DNA of 48,682 nucleotides. It comes from Desulfobacterales bacterium (GTDB lineage: Bacteria; Desulfobacterota; Desulfobacteria; Desulfobacterales; JAOZSB01). Below, piece by piece: positions 9,326 through 19,567 of this stretch (its first letter is position 1; each line of letters opens with the position of its first letter). The notes below the pieces were generated by a model that saw nothing but the letters and a program-made list of their open reading frames with translations, was not told the DNA's origin and did no database searches. The stretch spans positions 1 to 48,682 of the forward strand of contig JAOZSB010000002.1 in the NCBI GenBank assembly GCA_029939895.1, read 5' to 3'. The position numbers and the translations under genes are program-made.

Positions 9326-10171
9326 TCAATTTGAATCAACTGCAAATTTTATTTCATTATATGCTTCCGGTGCATTATCGAAGTTATCAAAGGCTCGCTC
9401 TGTAAAATGAATTTTTCCGCTGTCCAAAAACCTGAGAACGGCTGTTGACCGGGTGCCGTAAAAGCTTGATTTCACGAATACCGCAGAGAGCATACTTTCC
9501 CATTCCAGCCCGATTCCAGTGTCTGGAAGTAAATGATCCGGAAATGTTGCAGTACTACCCATAACCTCAAACAGGCCCTCGCTGATGTCTTTATTTCCAG
9601 CATTACTGCCGTCATTATCAGCACCAGCGCAATTACTGTTCAAGCCTTTTTTAAGGGCCATATCCATACCATCCGCAACCGCTGTAGTCTTTGGCCAGGG
9701 AACATCAAGAAGGCTGTTGCTGATGCTGTGTACACCAGGGGTTATGATGCTTATTCCGTCTGCATCTCCATCGTCGTTTTCTCCGGCGTTTGAATAATAG
9801 AGCAGCTCCTCCGGGGTTCCCACAATAAGATTGAACAGGTCATAATCACGGCCTTTTTTTGAAACATCTTTCAGATAGTCAATTGCAGAAGTACTTCCAG
9901 TTAAAAAATCGCTGACCAGAAGCCCCCGTGACGGCGGGTTGCTTTTCATGAGCCGTGGTTCCCTAAAATTGGTCAATGCTGCAAACTTCCCGGTTTTTGT
10001 AATGCCCAGCCACGTACCCATATTTTTCATATCCCTGCCTGCAAGTACTTCAGGTGCATCATCCCAGAAATGAGCCGGTTTTGTGGGCCGTTCAAAAAAC
10101 TCGTCCCTGTTGGAAGCAATCAGGAGGGGGCAGCCCGGCAGGGCTTTGTATGCAAAAACTATAAGGCACAT
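9326..10171 (-). CDS. NRDE family protein (DUF833 / TANGO2-like)
   Basis: The N-terminus MCLIVFAYKALPGCPLLIASNRDEFFERPT contains the catalytic-Cys start and the eponymous NRDE motif. 281 aa. Confidence 0.8.
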   Translation of the reverse strand: MCLIVFAYKALPGCPLLIASNRDEFFERPTKPAHFWDDAPEVLAGRDMKNMGTWLGITKTGKFAALTNFREPRLMKSNPPSRGLLVSDFLTGSTSAIDYLKDVSKKGRDYDLFNLIVGTPEELLYYSNAGENDDGDADGISIITPGVHSISNSLLDVPWPKTTAVADGMDMALKKGLNSNCAGADNDGSNAGNKDISEGLFEVMGSTATFPDHLLPDTGIGLEWESMLSAVFVKSSFYGTRSTAVLRFLDSGKIHFTERAFDNFDNAPEAYNEIKFAVDSN

Positions 10172-10443
10172 GTGTAGCTCCGGGTTTTTTTTAAGTAAAA
10201 CTCAACATCTTCTGCTGCACAAAAACTTATACAGCAAATTATTTTCTGTAATAGGATTAAATGTACATAAGGATAAAAAATAATGCAAATTTTAAAATCA
10301 AATGTAAAACAAAAAACTGGCTTGACCGGGCAAATGCGATTTTGCCCTGACCACTTTATCTGGTAATTTCAGATATGTCCACCACAATATATTGTGAGAG
10401 TGCGTGGAACTTGAATCAAAAGTTCATAACTGGTTACAACCCC

Positions 10444-10472
10444 TTGACCTTTTTAAATAAGGGTGCTAAATA
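10444..10472 (+). promoter_or_regulatory. Candidate sigma70 promoter (distal) upstream of the thiolase gene
   Basis: ttgacc (10444-10449), 17-nt spacer, taaata (10467-10472) with an upstream tgc (extended -10 like). The region is AT-rich, so chance matches are common. Confidence 0.3.
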
Positions 10473-10607
10473 AAATCATCAATTAACTTAAAATAAAAAT
10501 TGTGATTTTGCAATAAATGGCTTTTTTGTTTGCACCTGAAACATGCCTTTTTCCAAAATAAAAAAAATTCACTTTAACATTACTATTTCCAGTTTTGATT
10601 TTATTTT

Positions 10608-10636
10608 TTGATTTACAATTTAACCAGGTGATAAAT
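10608..10636 (+). promoter_or_regulatory. Candidate sigma70 promoter (proximal) for the thiolase gene
   Basis: ttgatt (10608-10613), 17-nt spacer, ataaat (10631-10636) preceded by tg. It lies about 48 nt upstream of ATG 10685. Confidence 0.35.
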
Positions 10637-10684
10637 TACTACTAACCACATTTAACAGGCTCAGCATCCCCAGGAGGAATCAAG

Positions 10685-11974
10685 ATGAAAGATGTCGTAA
10701 TCGTAAGTGGCGCAAGAACAGCAGTAGGTAGTTTTGGTGGAAGCCTTAAAACTGTACCAGTCGTGGAACTTGGCTCCATTGTAATGAAGGAAACTCTGAA
10801 AAAAGCAAACCTGAAACCAGTTCAAAGCGAACTGATGAAGGAAGTTGCATGTGACAAACTCAAGGATCAGGGCTTGATTGAGCTTGAAAAAGCAGCAATG
10901 GACTGGGACGACTCTGCAACTCCTGTTGCCATAGATGAAGTTATTATGGGTAATGTTCTCCAGGCTGCACAGGGACAGAATCCAGCAAGGCAGTCAATGG
11001 TAAAAGCCGGCCTTTGCAAAGAGACATCTGCTTTCAGCATCAATAAGGTTTGTGGTTCAGGTCTCAAGGCAATCGCACTGGCAGCACAGTCCATCATGAC
11101 AGAAGATGCAGATGTGGTCATGGCTGGCGGCATGGAAAACATGTCCCAGGTTCCCCTGGCACTTCCAAAGGCCCGGTGGGGACACAAGATGGAGCTTACA
11201 GGCGTTGGCGACATTTACGACCTGATGGTTTTTGACGGACTTTACGAAATCTTCTACGGCTATCACATGGGGATTACAGCCGAGAATATAGCAGCAATGT
11301 ACAATGTAAGCAGGGAAGAGCAGGATGAGCTGGCGGCCCTTAGCCATTCCCGCGCTATGGCAGCAATTAACGGCGGTCTTTTTAAGGATGAAATTGCACC
11401 CGTAGTTATCAAGAACCGCAGGGGCGATATTATTTATGATACTGATGAGCGCCCAATGGAAACCTCCCTTGAAAAAATGGCAAAACTCCGTCCGGCATTT
11501 AAGAAAGACGGTACAGTAACTGCTGGCAACGCATCGGGTATCAATGATGGTGCTGCTGCGGTTCTGCTGATGAGCGCAGACAAGGCAAAGGAACTGAACC
11601 TTGAGCCTCTGGTAAAGATCAAGGCTTTTGCAACCGGCGGACTTGACCCGGCATATATGGGGCTTGGCCCGGTTCCTTCCGTAAGAAAGGTGCTGAAAGC
11701 CACTGGCATGACCATAGGCGACATAGACATGATCGAGCTGAATGAGGCATTCGCATCCCAGGCTATTGGCTGCATGAGAGAGCTTGGCCTGGAAAACGAC
11801 AAGCCAAATGAAGTTGGCAGCGGCATCTCCCTTGGTCATCCAATCGGCTGTACTGGCGCACGCCAGATGGTTTCTGGAATGAGCCACATGAAAAGGCAGG
11901 GCTACTCCACAGGACTCATAACCATGTGCATCGGCGGTGGTATGGGCATGGCCATGATTATAGAAAAAGGCTAA
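10685..11974 (+). CDS. Acetyl-CoA C-acetyltransferase (thiolase II family)
   Basis: MKDVVIVSGARTAVGSFGGSLK, the active-site region NKVCGSGLKA, NEAFASQ, and C-terminal GHPIGCTGAR and CIGGGMG. SD aggagga lies 6 nt before the ATG. 429 aa, with an extra ~35-aa segment after residue ~47. Confidence 0.92.
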   Translation: MKDVVIVSGARTAVGSFGGSLKTVPVVELGSIVMKETLKKANLKPVQSELMKEVACDKLKDQGLIELEKAAMDWDDSATPVAIDEVIMGNVLQAAQGQNPARQSMVKAGLCKETSAFSINKVCGSGLKAIALAAQSIMTEDADVVMAGGMENMSQVPLALPKARWGHKMELTGVGDIYDLMVFDGLYEIFYGYHMGITAENIAAMYNVSREEQDELAALSHSRAMAAINGGLFKDEIAPVVIKNRRGDIIYDTDERPMETSLEKMAKLRPAFKKDGTVTAGNASGINDGAAAVLLMSADKAKELNLEPLVKIKAFATGGLDPAYMGLGPVPSVRKVLKATGMTIGDIDMIELNEAFASQAIGCMRELGLENDKPNEVGSGISLGHPIGCTGARQMVSGMSHMKRQGYSTGLITMCIGGGMGMAMIIEKG

Positions 11975-11983
11975 TCTTATTAA

Positions 11984-12028
11984 GGGGAAAACCCTTTGAA
12001 ACTGCCTTTCAGGCAGAGGGTTTTCCCC
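11984..12028 (+). terminator. Strong hairpin after the thiolase gene (terminator-like, no clean U-tract)
   Basis: Perfect 12-bp stem ggggaaaaccct (11984-11995) / agggttttcccc (12017-12028) with an inner ctgcct/aggcag stem. It is followed by aaaatttc. Confidence 0.5.
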
Positions 12029-12274
12029 AAAATTTCAACACGTTATCTTCTCCATAAATTTTTACACAAATACCCGCCTCCTCAACAAAAAAACCCTTTA
12101 CTTAGCACCCTTATATTGCTAGAGTGTTTAAGTGTCACAATGATAATTGTTCAATCTGTGCAATCAAAATTATTACGGAGTTATTTGCAAGGTTTTACAG
12201 GCAGTCCGCATGGATAGCCAAAGCAAAAAGCTTCGTTAAAAAAAAATTCAGGTTAACCGGGGGTATTGTTAAAA

Positions 12275-12430
12275 ATGGAATTAAGTCAGAAATTAGGTAG
12301 ACTCGTTGTACTTGGAGTTCCCGTTATAGTAGGCGGGGGAATAACCTATGCGATTTTCGGCAGCTTTACTGCAATGTTTACTTATGAAGCACTTCTTTTG
12401 CTGGTTGCCGGTGCGTATGTCAGCTCCTGA
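12275..12430 (+). CDS. Candidate 51-aa membrane peptide (MELSQKLGRLVVLGVPVIVGGGITYAIFGSFTAMFTYEALLLLVAGAYVSS)
   Basis: Below the ORF-track cutoff. It has two hydrophobic segments and a weak SD (gggggtattgttaaaa before the ATG), and is followed by the terminator at 12585. Confidence 0.25.
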   Translation: MELSQKLGRLVVLGVPVIVGGGITYAIFGSFTAMFTYEALLLLVAGAYVSS

Positions 12431-12584
12431 CGAAGCTGCAAAACTGCCAGTGCTGTGTATAGATCTCCAGGACTTTGTTCTGCATTAAATCAATACTGAT
12501 TAAATCTATTGCCGAATCCAGCCATGATGCTTGATTTGAAAAATGCATTACAATAAGAATTACGCACAAATCCTTTTTTATAAA

Positions 12585-12619
12585 CGCAAACTCCCTTTGC
12601 AAAAGGGTTTGCGTTTTTT
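12585..12619 (+). terminator. Rho-independent terminator
   Basis: Stem cgcaaac (12585-12591) / gtttgcg (12607-12613) enclosing cccttt-gca-aaaggg. It is followed by tttttt (12614-12619). Confidence 0.6.
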
Positions 12620-12692
12620 GTCCTATGCATATGCGGGTTCGCTGGCATCTTATGTTTAAAACAATGTCTTAGCTTAAGCTTTTGGAAACTCA

Positions 12693-13808
12693 ATGACCGT
12701 CCATTCAAGTCAAAACATGATTTTGTGGTTTTTTCTGGTGCTTTTTATCGGCTCCCTGATATTACTGCTGTGGCTCCTTCAGCCCTTTGTGGCAACAATA
12801 GTCCTCGCACTTGTGGTTGCGGGTATGTTCTCACCGGTCTACAGGAAGCTGACTAAAAAGATGTCGATTACATGGGCATCAATGACCACCTGCATACTAA
12901 TATTTTTCCTGCTTTTTATTCCAATTGTATTTTTTGTGGGTGCGCTTTCAACAGAGGCACTCGCCCTTATTGATACTGCAAAGGATGCAGTACTGGGGGA
13001 TCAGTTCAAAAAACTCCTTGAAAACAGGGAACTTATTGACAAGGCAAATATATTCCTGGCACGCTTTAATATCTCTGTTACGGGCGACCAGATAGTATCA
13101 ACCCTGTCCGAGGCTGGCAAGGCCACGGGGCTTTTCCTGTTTAAGCAGGCCAACTCTATTGCTGCCAACCTTTTCAAGTTTTTTGTAAATTTCTTTTTCA
13201 TGCTGGTTATTATCTTTTTTTTCCTGATAGACAGCAGAAAACTTCTCTCCTTTATAGTAGACCTCTCACCTTTGCCCGATGAGCAGGATTCCAAACTTAT
13301 TCGCAAATTCAAGGAGATGGCTGGTGCAGTTTTAGTGGGCAACGGTCTTGCCGGAGCAATCCAGGGCGTTGCCGGCGGGGTTGTGTTTGCACTTTTTGGC
13401 CTTGGGTCCCCAATTTTATGGGGATTTGTAATGGGCATACTCGCTTTTCTGCCAATCATGGGTATTGGTCTGGTTTTCGTCCCTGCAACACTCCTACTCT
13501 TTCTCAAGGGCAGGTTTGCAGCAGGTCTGTTTTTTATCGTATTCTACATATTTTTGATGATTACCATTGAATATATTTTCAAGCCCTATTTCATGGGCGA
13601 CAGGATGCAGATGCACTCCCTGCTTGTATTTCTTTCAATAATGGGGGGCTTGAACGCATTCGGCATCCTGGGCATAATTTACGGCCCGTTAATTGTTACG
13701 GCATTTTTAACTCTGGCAGAAATATACAAGGCCAGCTACCAGGTGTTGATCGACCCTGAAAGTATACCCGGCAGTCAAATGCCCGAAGCAGAGGTCGAAA
13801 AACTGTAA
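12693..13808 (+). CDS. AI-2E family transporter (PerM/UPF0118)
   Basis: 371 aa with about 8 TM segments. The layout is typical: N-terminal TM pair, a soluble loop, and a C-terminal TM bundle with LPIMGIGLVFVPA. Confidence 0.8.
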   Translation: MTVHSSQNMILWFFLVLFIGSLILLLWLLQPFVATIVLALVVAGMFSPVYRKLTKKMSITWASMTTCILIFFLLFIPIVFFVGALSTEALALIDTAKDAVLGDQFKKLLENRELIDKANIFLARFNISVTGDQIVSTLSEAGKATGLFLFKQANSIAANLFKFFVNFFFMLVIIFFFLIDSRKLLSFIVDLSPLPDEQDSKLIRKFKEMAGAVLVGNGLAGAIQGVAGGVVFALFGLGSPILWGFVMGILAFLPIMGIGLVFVPATLLLFLKGRFAAGLFFIVFYIFLMITIEYIFKPYFMGDRMQMHSLLVFLSIMGGLNAFGILGIIYGPLIVTAFLTLAEIYKASYQVLIDPESIPGSQMPEAEVEKL

Positions 13809-13930
13809 GTTTTATAAAGCAGTGAAACACAGTGGCATGCAGCATTTTTTTGCTTATTTCATATTGGGTTCAGGATTAGAAATAATCTTAAAATCTTAAA
13901 ATCATAACCTAAGGATTCACCAGGAGTAAA

Positions 13931-16360
13931 ATGGATTTAACTGAAAAATTTAGTGAAGTCAGCATTGAGTCTGAGATGAAAAAATCGTACCTGGATTATG
14001 CCATGAGCGTAATCATAGGCAGGGCGATTCCTGATGTACGGGATGGATTAAAACCGGTTCACAGGCGTGTACTCTTTGCCATGCATGAGTTAAAAAACGA
14101 CTTTAACAAACCCTACAAAAAATCAGCCCGTATTGTTGGTGATGTAATTGGTAAATATCACCCACACGGCGACTCTGCGGTTTACGACACAATCGTCAGA
14201 ATGGCCCAGGATTTTTCCCTGCGCTACCTTCTTGTTGACGGACAGGGCAACTTCGGTTCTGTAGACGGTGACCCTGCTGCTGCAATGAGATACACCGAAA
14301 TAAGGATGAAAAAACTCTCCCACCAGATGCTTCAGGATCTGGAAAAGGAGACGGTCAACTTCCAGCAGAACTATGATGAGACCATGGAAGAGCCTGTTGT
14401 TCTTCCTGCAAAAATTCCCAACCTGCTTGTAAATGGCTCCTCAGGAATTGCCGTGGGAATGGCAACCAACATCCCACCGCATAATCTTAATGAAATCATA
14501 TCGGGCGTAACTGCCCTGATAGATAATCCTGAAATCACAATTGACGAGCTGATGGGCCACATACCAGGCCCTGACTTTCCTACAGCCGGGCTGATATACG
14601 GAACATCGGGCATAAAATCTGCCTATAGAACAGGCCGGGGCATTGTCCGCATGAGGGCAAGGGCGCTCATTGAAAAGGATCAAAAGACCGGAGCCGAGGC
14701 CATAATAGTAAACGAGCTTCCATACCAGGTTAACAAATCCAGGCTGATAGAAAAGATTGCCGGACTGGTCAGGGGCAAACAGATTGAGGGCATCAGGTAC
14801 ATCCGTGACGAGTCTGACAGGGACGGCATGAGGATTGCCATTGGCCTGAAAAAGGATCAGGTGGCAGGAGTAATCATAAACACCCTGTATAAGCATACTC
14901 AGATGCAGACCAGCTTTGGCGTGATCCTCCTTTCGGTGGTCAACAGCCGCCCGGAGCTGCTAAATCTGAAAGAAATTCTTGAGCATTTTATCCTTCACAG
15001 GAAAGAAATAATAATTAGAAGAACCCGCTTTGACCTGCGAAAGGCCGAGGAACGGGCGCATATATTAGAGGGCCTGATTATTGCCCTGGATAATATTGAC
15101 GAGATAGTTGCGCTGATTCGTGCATCCAAAACCCCGCCAGAAGCAAAAAGCAAACTTATTGAGCGGTTCGAACTCACAGCAGTCCAGGCCCAGGCCATAC
15201 TCGATATGCGCCTGCAAAGGCTCACCGGGCTTGAGCGTGATAAGATTATGGCAGAGTATGAAAGCCTGCTCAAGGACATTGCCTGGTACAAGGAAATTCT
15301 TGGCAGCGAAAAAATTGTCCTGGGAATTATTAAGGACGAGCTTATTGAAATCAAGGAGGAGTTCGGAGACGAAAGAAGAACCGAGATAGTGCTTGAGACC
15401 GAGGAAATTTCCATTGAGGACATGATAGTCGAAGAAGACATGGTCGTGACCATTTCCAAAACCGGTTACATCAAGCGCAACCCCATCACCCTCTACCGAA
15501 GCCAGAAACGTGGCGGCAAGGGCAAGATGGCAATGGGAGTAAAGGACGAGGATTTTGTGGAACATCTTTTTGTTGCATCAACACACCACACCTTCATGTT
15601 CTTTACAAACCTGGGCAGGGTATACTGGCGCAAGGTTTACGAAATCCCACAGGCTGGAAGACACGCCAAGGGCAAGGCTATTGTGAATCTGCTTAATCTG
15701 GAGGCTGGCGAAATGCTGGCAACGGTTCTTGCGGTTCCTGAGTTTGAACCTGGAGGCAACGTAATTCTCGCCACCAAGCAGGGAAAGATTAAGAAGACAG
15801 AAATCATGGCATACTCCAGGCCAAGAGCCGGAGGCATCATCGCATTGACCCTTACAGAGGGCGATGAGCTGATAGGAGCAAGGATAACCGATGGCGTTAT
15901 GAATGTATTTTTAGGTTCATCCAACGGCAAGGCAATCCGCTTCCACGAATCAAACGTCCGGCCAATGGGCAGAACCGCTGGCGGTGTCAGGGGAATGAAG
16001 CTTGATGCCAATGACAAAATCGTTGCCATGGAAGTTATGACACACGGGCAGACGCTTTTTACAGCCACGGAAAACGGATACGGAAAACGCACATCCATAG
16101 ACGAGTATCCAGTGCACAACCGCGGCGGCAAAGGCTTGATAACCATCAAGACAAACGAAAGAAACGGCAAGGTCATATCAATACTTCTGGTAAATAATAA
16201 CCACGACATCATGATAATGACCGACCGGGGTAAACTTATCCGCATGGCAGTAGAAGGAATTTCTGTGATAAGCAGAAATACTATGGGCGTTAGGCTGATA
16301 GGCATGGATGATGGTGAATCCGTATCTGGCGTGGCCCGCCTTGCTGAGAAAGAAGACTAA
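13931..16360 (+). CDS. gyrA: DNA gyrase subunit A
   Basis: 809 aa. It has [28 protein letters not shown], the [15 protein letters not shown] and active-site AAMRYTE. C-terminal beta-pinwheel repeats include a GyrA-box-like QKRGGKG. SD aggag lies before the ATG. Confidence 0.97.
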   Translation: MDLTEKFSEVSIESEMKKSYLDYAMSVIIGRAIPDVRDGLKPVHRRVLFAMHELKNDFNKPYKKSARIVGDVIGKYHPHGDSAVYDTIVRMAQDFSLRYLLVDGQGNFGSVDGDPAAAMRYTEIRMKKLSHQMLQDLEKETVNFQQNYDETMEEPVVLPAKIPNLLVNGSSGIAVGMATNIPPHNLNEIISGVTALIDNPEITIDELMGHIPGPDFPTAGLIYGTSGIKSAYRTGRGIVRMRARALIEKDQKTGAEAIIVNELPYQVNKSRLIEKIAGLVRGKQIEGIRYIRDESDRDGMRIAIGLKKDQVAGVIINTLYKHTQMQTSFGVILLSVVNSRPELLNLKEILEHFILHRKEIIIRRTRFDLRKAEERAHILEGLIIALDNIDEIVALIRASKTPPEAKSKLIERFELTAVQAQAILDMRLQRLTGLERDKIMAEYESLLKDIAWYKEILGSEKIVLGIIKDELIEIKEEFGDERRTEIVLETEEISIEDMIVEEDMVVTISKTGYIKRNPITLYRSQKRGGKGKMAMGVKDEDFVEHLFVASTHHTFMFFTNLGRVYWRKVYEIPQAGRHAKGKAIVNLLNLEAGEMLATVLAVPEFEPGGNVILATKQGKIKKTEIMAYSRPRAGGIIALTLTEGDELIGARITDGVMNVFLGSSNGKAIRFHESNVRPMGRTAGGVRGMKLDANDKIVAMEVMTHGQTLFTATENGYGKRTSIDEYPVHNRGGKGLITIKTNERNGKVISILLVNNNHDIMIMTDRGKLIRMAVEGISVISRNTMGVRLIGMDDGESVSGVARLAEKED

Positions 16361-16362
16361 AA

Positions 16363-17403
16363 ATGGGGAACGCAGATAAACCAGATTTGAAAGATGTAAA
16401 GGTTGGCGTAATAGGTGCCGGCACATGGGGTACTGCCATTGCCAGCCTGCTTGCAGGTAAGGGGCTTTCCGTGGCCCTGTGGGCCTTTGAAGAAGAGGTA
16501 AAACACGAGATTGAAACCCTGGGAGAAAATAAAACTTTTCTGCCGGGAATGCCTCTTCCAAAAAATATTACTCCAAGCAACGATCTTTCAGATGTTGCGT
16601 CAAATAAGGACGTACTGGTTCTGGTGGTTCCCTCCCATATTTTCAGAAACATGGCAATGCAGGTTGCAGAGTTTGCAGGCCCGGAAACCAAAATCGTATC
16701 TGCATCAAAGGGCATAGAGCTTGAAACTGACCTGACCATGCATGGTATACTGCAACAGGCAATGCCAAAGGTGCCCGATGGAAATTTAGCAGTAATATCC
16801 GGCCCGACATTTGCCAAGGAAGTAGTTAGCAATGTTCCTTCGGTTGCAGCGGTTGCATCCTCCAGCCTTGAAACTGCCGAATTTTTACAGCAGGTTTTTG
16901 CAACACCTTTTTTCAGGGTCTATACAAACACCGATGTTATTGGGGTCGAGCTAGGCGGAGCAGTAAAAAACGTTATTGCAATTGCCTCCGGCATTGTCGA
17001 TGGAATGGGCTTTGGCCTGAACACACGAGCAGCTATCATCACTCGCGGGCTGGCAGAAATAACCCGCCTTGGAGCCAGGATGGGCGCAGCCCCGGACACT
17101 TTTTCCGGCATAACCGGAGTTGGCGACCTGATACTGACCTGTACTGGAACCCTGAGCCGTAACTACACCGTAGGCAGGAAACTCGGTGAAGGGATGAAGC
17201 TTTCTGAAATCCTGGCAGAGATGAAGATGGTTGCAGAGGGTGTTAAAAACGCTGAATCCATATATAACCTCTCAAAAAGGCTTGGTGTGGAAATGCCCAT
17301 AACCTTTGAGGTTTACAACATACTATACAAAGACTCGCCACCTGCCGATGCTGTGGGCAGGCTAATGACCAGGGATTTGAAGCCGGAAAAAGAAGAATAT
17401 TAG
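16363..17403 (+). CDS. gpsA: NAD(P)H-dependent glycerol-3-phosphate dehydrogenase
   Basis: Rossmann motif VGVIGAGTWGTA, then LGGAVKNVIAIA and GDLILTC. It starts 2 nt after the gyrA stop. Confidence 0.93.
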   Translation: MGNADKPDLKDVKVGVIGAGTWGTAIASLLAGKGLSVALWAFEEEVKHEIETLGENKTFLPGMPLPKNITPSNDLSDVASNKDVLVLVVPSHIFRNMAMQVAEFAGPETKIVSASKGIELETDLTMHGILQQAMPKVPDGNLAVISGPTFAKEVVSNVPSVAAVASSSLETAEFLQQVFATPFFRVYTNTDVIGVELGGAVKNVIAIASGIVDGMGFGLNTRAAIITRGLAEITRLGARMGAAPDTFSGITGVGDLILTCTGTLSRNYTVGRKLGEGMKLSEILAEMKMVAEGVKNAESIYNLSKRLGVEMPITFEVYNILYKDSPPADAVGRLMTRDLKPEKEEY

Positions 17404-17526
17404 AGCCTGCTTTTCAAGCCTTTTATAAATGATAAAAGAATATATTTGAAGACCTTAATCAGCCTGGAACTGGCTGAAAATTTTTAAATCAAGCAAATTA
17501 ATATTTTAAGTCCATTTGTAATAAAA

Positions 17527-18642
17527 ATGAAAAAGTCCGATACAAAGGGCAAAGGCAATGCCCCCCCTAAAAAAACGCCTAAAACCTCAGCCGGCCACAG
17601 GCAGAGGTTGCGTGAACGCTTCCTGAAATCAGGCCTGTCCGGGTTTCACGACTATGAAGTAATTGAACTTCTCTTGACCCTGGGAACTCCTCGCCGTGAT
17701 TGCAAGCAGTCTGCAAAAGATGCAGTAAAAGAATTTAAAAACTTCCCGGGAGTAATTGAAGCATCCACAGAAGAGTTATGCAAAATCAAGGGAATCGGCC
17801 CCAAAAACCTGATCGGACTCCGCCTGATAAAAGCAGTTGCAGACAGATACCTCCAGTTGCGCTTGATTGACAAGGATCCAATCCGAAACACCAACGATCT
17901 TTTTGACTACCTTTTTCATAATTTAAAAGACAGGAGCCGGGAATCCTTCTCTGTAGTATACCTTGATGCAAAAAATAAAGTGATAACCTCGGAAACGCTT
18001 TTCCAGGGAACCCTGACCGCCAGCAGCGTATATCCCAGGGAGGTTGTCCGCTCGGCAATCGCAAAAAATGCAGCATCGCTGATATTCTGCCACAACCACA
18101 CATCCGGCGACCCTGAACCATCGGCAGCAGATCACGCAATCACAAGACAGCTCATTTTTTCATGCCAGATGATTGGAATCTCTGTACACGACCATATTGT
18201 TATTGGCGAAAATTATAATTACTACAGCTTTGCAAAAAACAGGCTGATAGAAAAATATACAGATGAGTTTAGTAAGATTACAATTGCAAAATCAGTTAAT
18301 GAAGATGCAGCCAGAACAAATATCATAGACAATGCCAAAGTAAATATTGAAGACAAAAAAAGTAAAACCAAACAAAGTAATAAAAAAGTCGGACAAGATA
18401 TGAATGAAAAACCAGAATGCTTCGGGAACCTGGAAACTGTTTTTCCAATGAAGGATGACGGCCTTAGAATGTCGCCTGAATCCTGCATGCAATGCCCGGA
18501 CAAGACCGAATGCCTGCGAACTGCAATCGTTGGGCCGGATGGAAACGGACTCAAGGAAGAACGCCTCGACCGGGCCTATGATGCTGGTAATGTCGGGTTT
18601 TTTGAGCGGTGGTCAAGGAAGAAAAAACTCAACCGCAAGTAA
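17527..18642 (+). CDS. radC: RadC-family JAB/MPN protein with a ~135-aa C-terminal extension ending in a 4-Cys module
   Basis: GHRQRLRERF, an HhH region and the JAMM motif HNHTSGDPEPSAAD (residues ~1-235). The extension includes ECFGNLETVFPMKDDGLRMSPESCMQCPDKTECLR. Confidence 0.8.
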   Translation: MKKSDTKGKGNAPPKKTPKTSAGHRQRLRERFLKSGLSGFHDYEVIELLLTLGTPRRDCKQSAKDAVKEFKNFPGVIEASTEELCKIKGIGPKNLIGLRLIKAVADRYLQLRLIDKDPIRNTNDLFDYLFHNLKDRSRESFSVVYLDAKNKVITSETLFQGTLTASSVYPREVVRSAIAKNAASLIFCHNHTSGDPEPSAADHAITRQLIFSCQMIGISVHDHIVIGENYNYYSFAKNRLIEKYTDEFSKITIAKSVNEDAARTNIIDNAKVNIEDKKSKTKQSNKKVGQDMNEKPECFGNLETVFPMKDDGLRMSPESCMQCPDKTECLRTAIVGPDGNGLKEERLDRAYDAGNVGFFERWSRKKKLNRK

Positions 18643-18704
18643 CAGGCACTGCAGTGCAGCCCAGATACTACCCTTGCACTGCACCTGTGCGCCTCGTAAA
18701 AAAT

Positions 18705-19496
18705 TTACAAATAAGCTGTCTTTTTCCTTATCCGAAACACCTGTCCATTGTGGATATACCGGGCCAGCATCCACTCGGTTTCACGTGCAATGTTGATAAA
18801 CCTGGCTCCAATAAAGCTGTGAGGTTTTTCAAAGGCAGTTTTTTTCCATATAATCATCAGTTTTTCATTAAAAGTCCTTCTCTGTATGGCAGCACTTGAA
18901 TCATACAGGGTTATTTCAACATCAAGCTCATCTTTCACACTGTTAAGCATCAAGGAATTCTGGATAAATCTGCCATTATTTGGAACCATAAACCCGGTTC
19001 CCTGGCATGAAATATTTGCAATACTAAAATCTTTTCCAGAATTAAAAACACTGCCATTAAGGGCAATCTCTGCCTTCAGGTCATGCCTTTCGTCTGGCAA
19101 AAACCTGTAGGTTTCCCTTAAATCTATTTTTTGAACAGGAGAAGAAAAGCAAATCCGTATGATTGTTTCTTTAGAGCCATTACCCATTTTATAATTCTGA
19201 ATAAAACCTTCAATATGGCAGGGCATCCCCAGCCTTTGTTCATTTCCTGCTTTGTCCCTTGCAAGTTCTGCAATCTGCATTTTATTGTACATGGTATTTG
19301 GTGTAATAGCAGGGCTGGTTTGAGAAATTACTACTGTACTTGAAAAATAATTAATATCGTATATCATGGCAGACCTGATATCATAGCGCCCCTCGCCAGT
19401 TTCAAGCACCACATCAACGCCGGTTCCCGGTCTAAAGTGTTCAAACAGGTTTTTATCATAACTTTTTTTTCTGCGCCACTTTGAAAATATGCTCAT
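18705..19496 (-). CDS. PilZ domain protein (YcgR-like two-domain architecture), paralog 1
   Basis: RxxxR (LRETYRF) followed ~30 aa later by NxSxxG (NISCQGTG), the c-di-GMP binding signature of PilZ. It is clearly paralogous to 19851..20651 (shared TGVDV, AMIY, ISQT.P, KPHSFIGARFI, YIHNGQ.FR). Confidence 0.7.
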   Translation of the reverse strand: MSIFSKWRRKKSYDKNLFEHFRPGTGVDVVLETGEGRYDIRSAMIYDINYFSSTVVISQTSPAITPNTMYNKMQIAELARDKAGNEQRLGMPCHIEGFIQNYKMGNGSKETIIRICFSSPVQKIDLRETYRFLPDERHDLKAEIALNGSVFNSGKDFSIANISCQGTGFMVPNNGRFIQNSLMLNSVKDELDVEITLYDSSAAIQRRTFNEKLMIIWKKTAFEKPHSFIGARFINIARETEWMLARYIHNGQVFRIRKKTAYL

Positions 19497-19551
19497 TTTG
19501 CACCCCCATTATATTTTTTTGAACTTTGACAAACTCACTAATAAACAATGG

Positions 19552-19567
19552 TGCACCTTTAATGCCA
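19552..19567 (-). promoter_or_regulatory. Sigma54 (-24/-12) promoter for PilZ paralog 1
   Basis: The minus strand reads TGGCATtaaagGTGCA, with GG and GC at the canonical spacing of TGGCAC-N5-TTGCA. It lies ~56 nt upstream of ATG 19496. A near-identical copy precedes paralog 2. Confidence 0.6.

Noticed and set aside
10383-10396. 14-bp perfect palindrome cacaatatattgtg upstream of the thiolase promoters as an operator
   Set aside because: In 48.7 kb of AT-rich sequence a few 14-bp palindromes are expected by chance. There is no second copy and no adjacent regulator gene.
11057-11887. 276-aa and 130-aa minus-strand ORFs inside the thiolase gene
   Set aside because: They are antisense shadows of a highly conserved enzyme gene.
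18643-18704. Bidirectional terminator between radC and PilZ paralog 1 (palindrome gcactgcagtgc)
   Set aside because: The stems are short and there is no U-tract on either strand. This is not enough to call a terminator.
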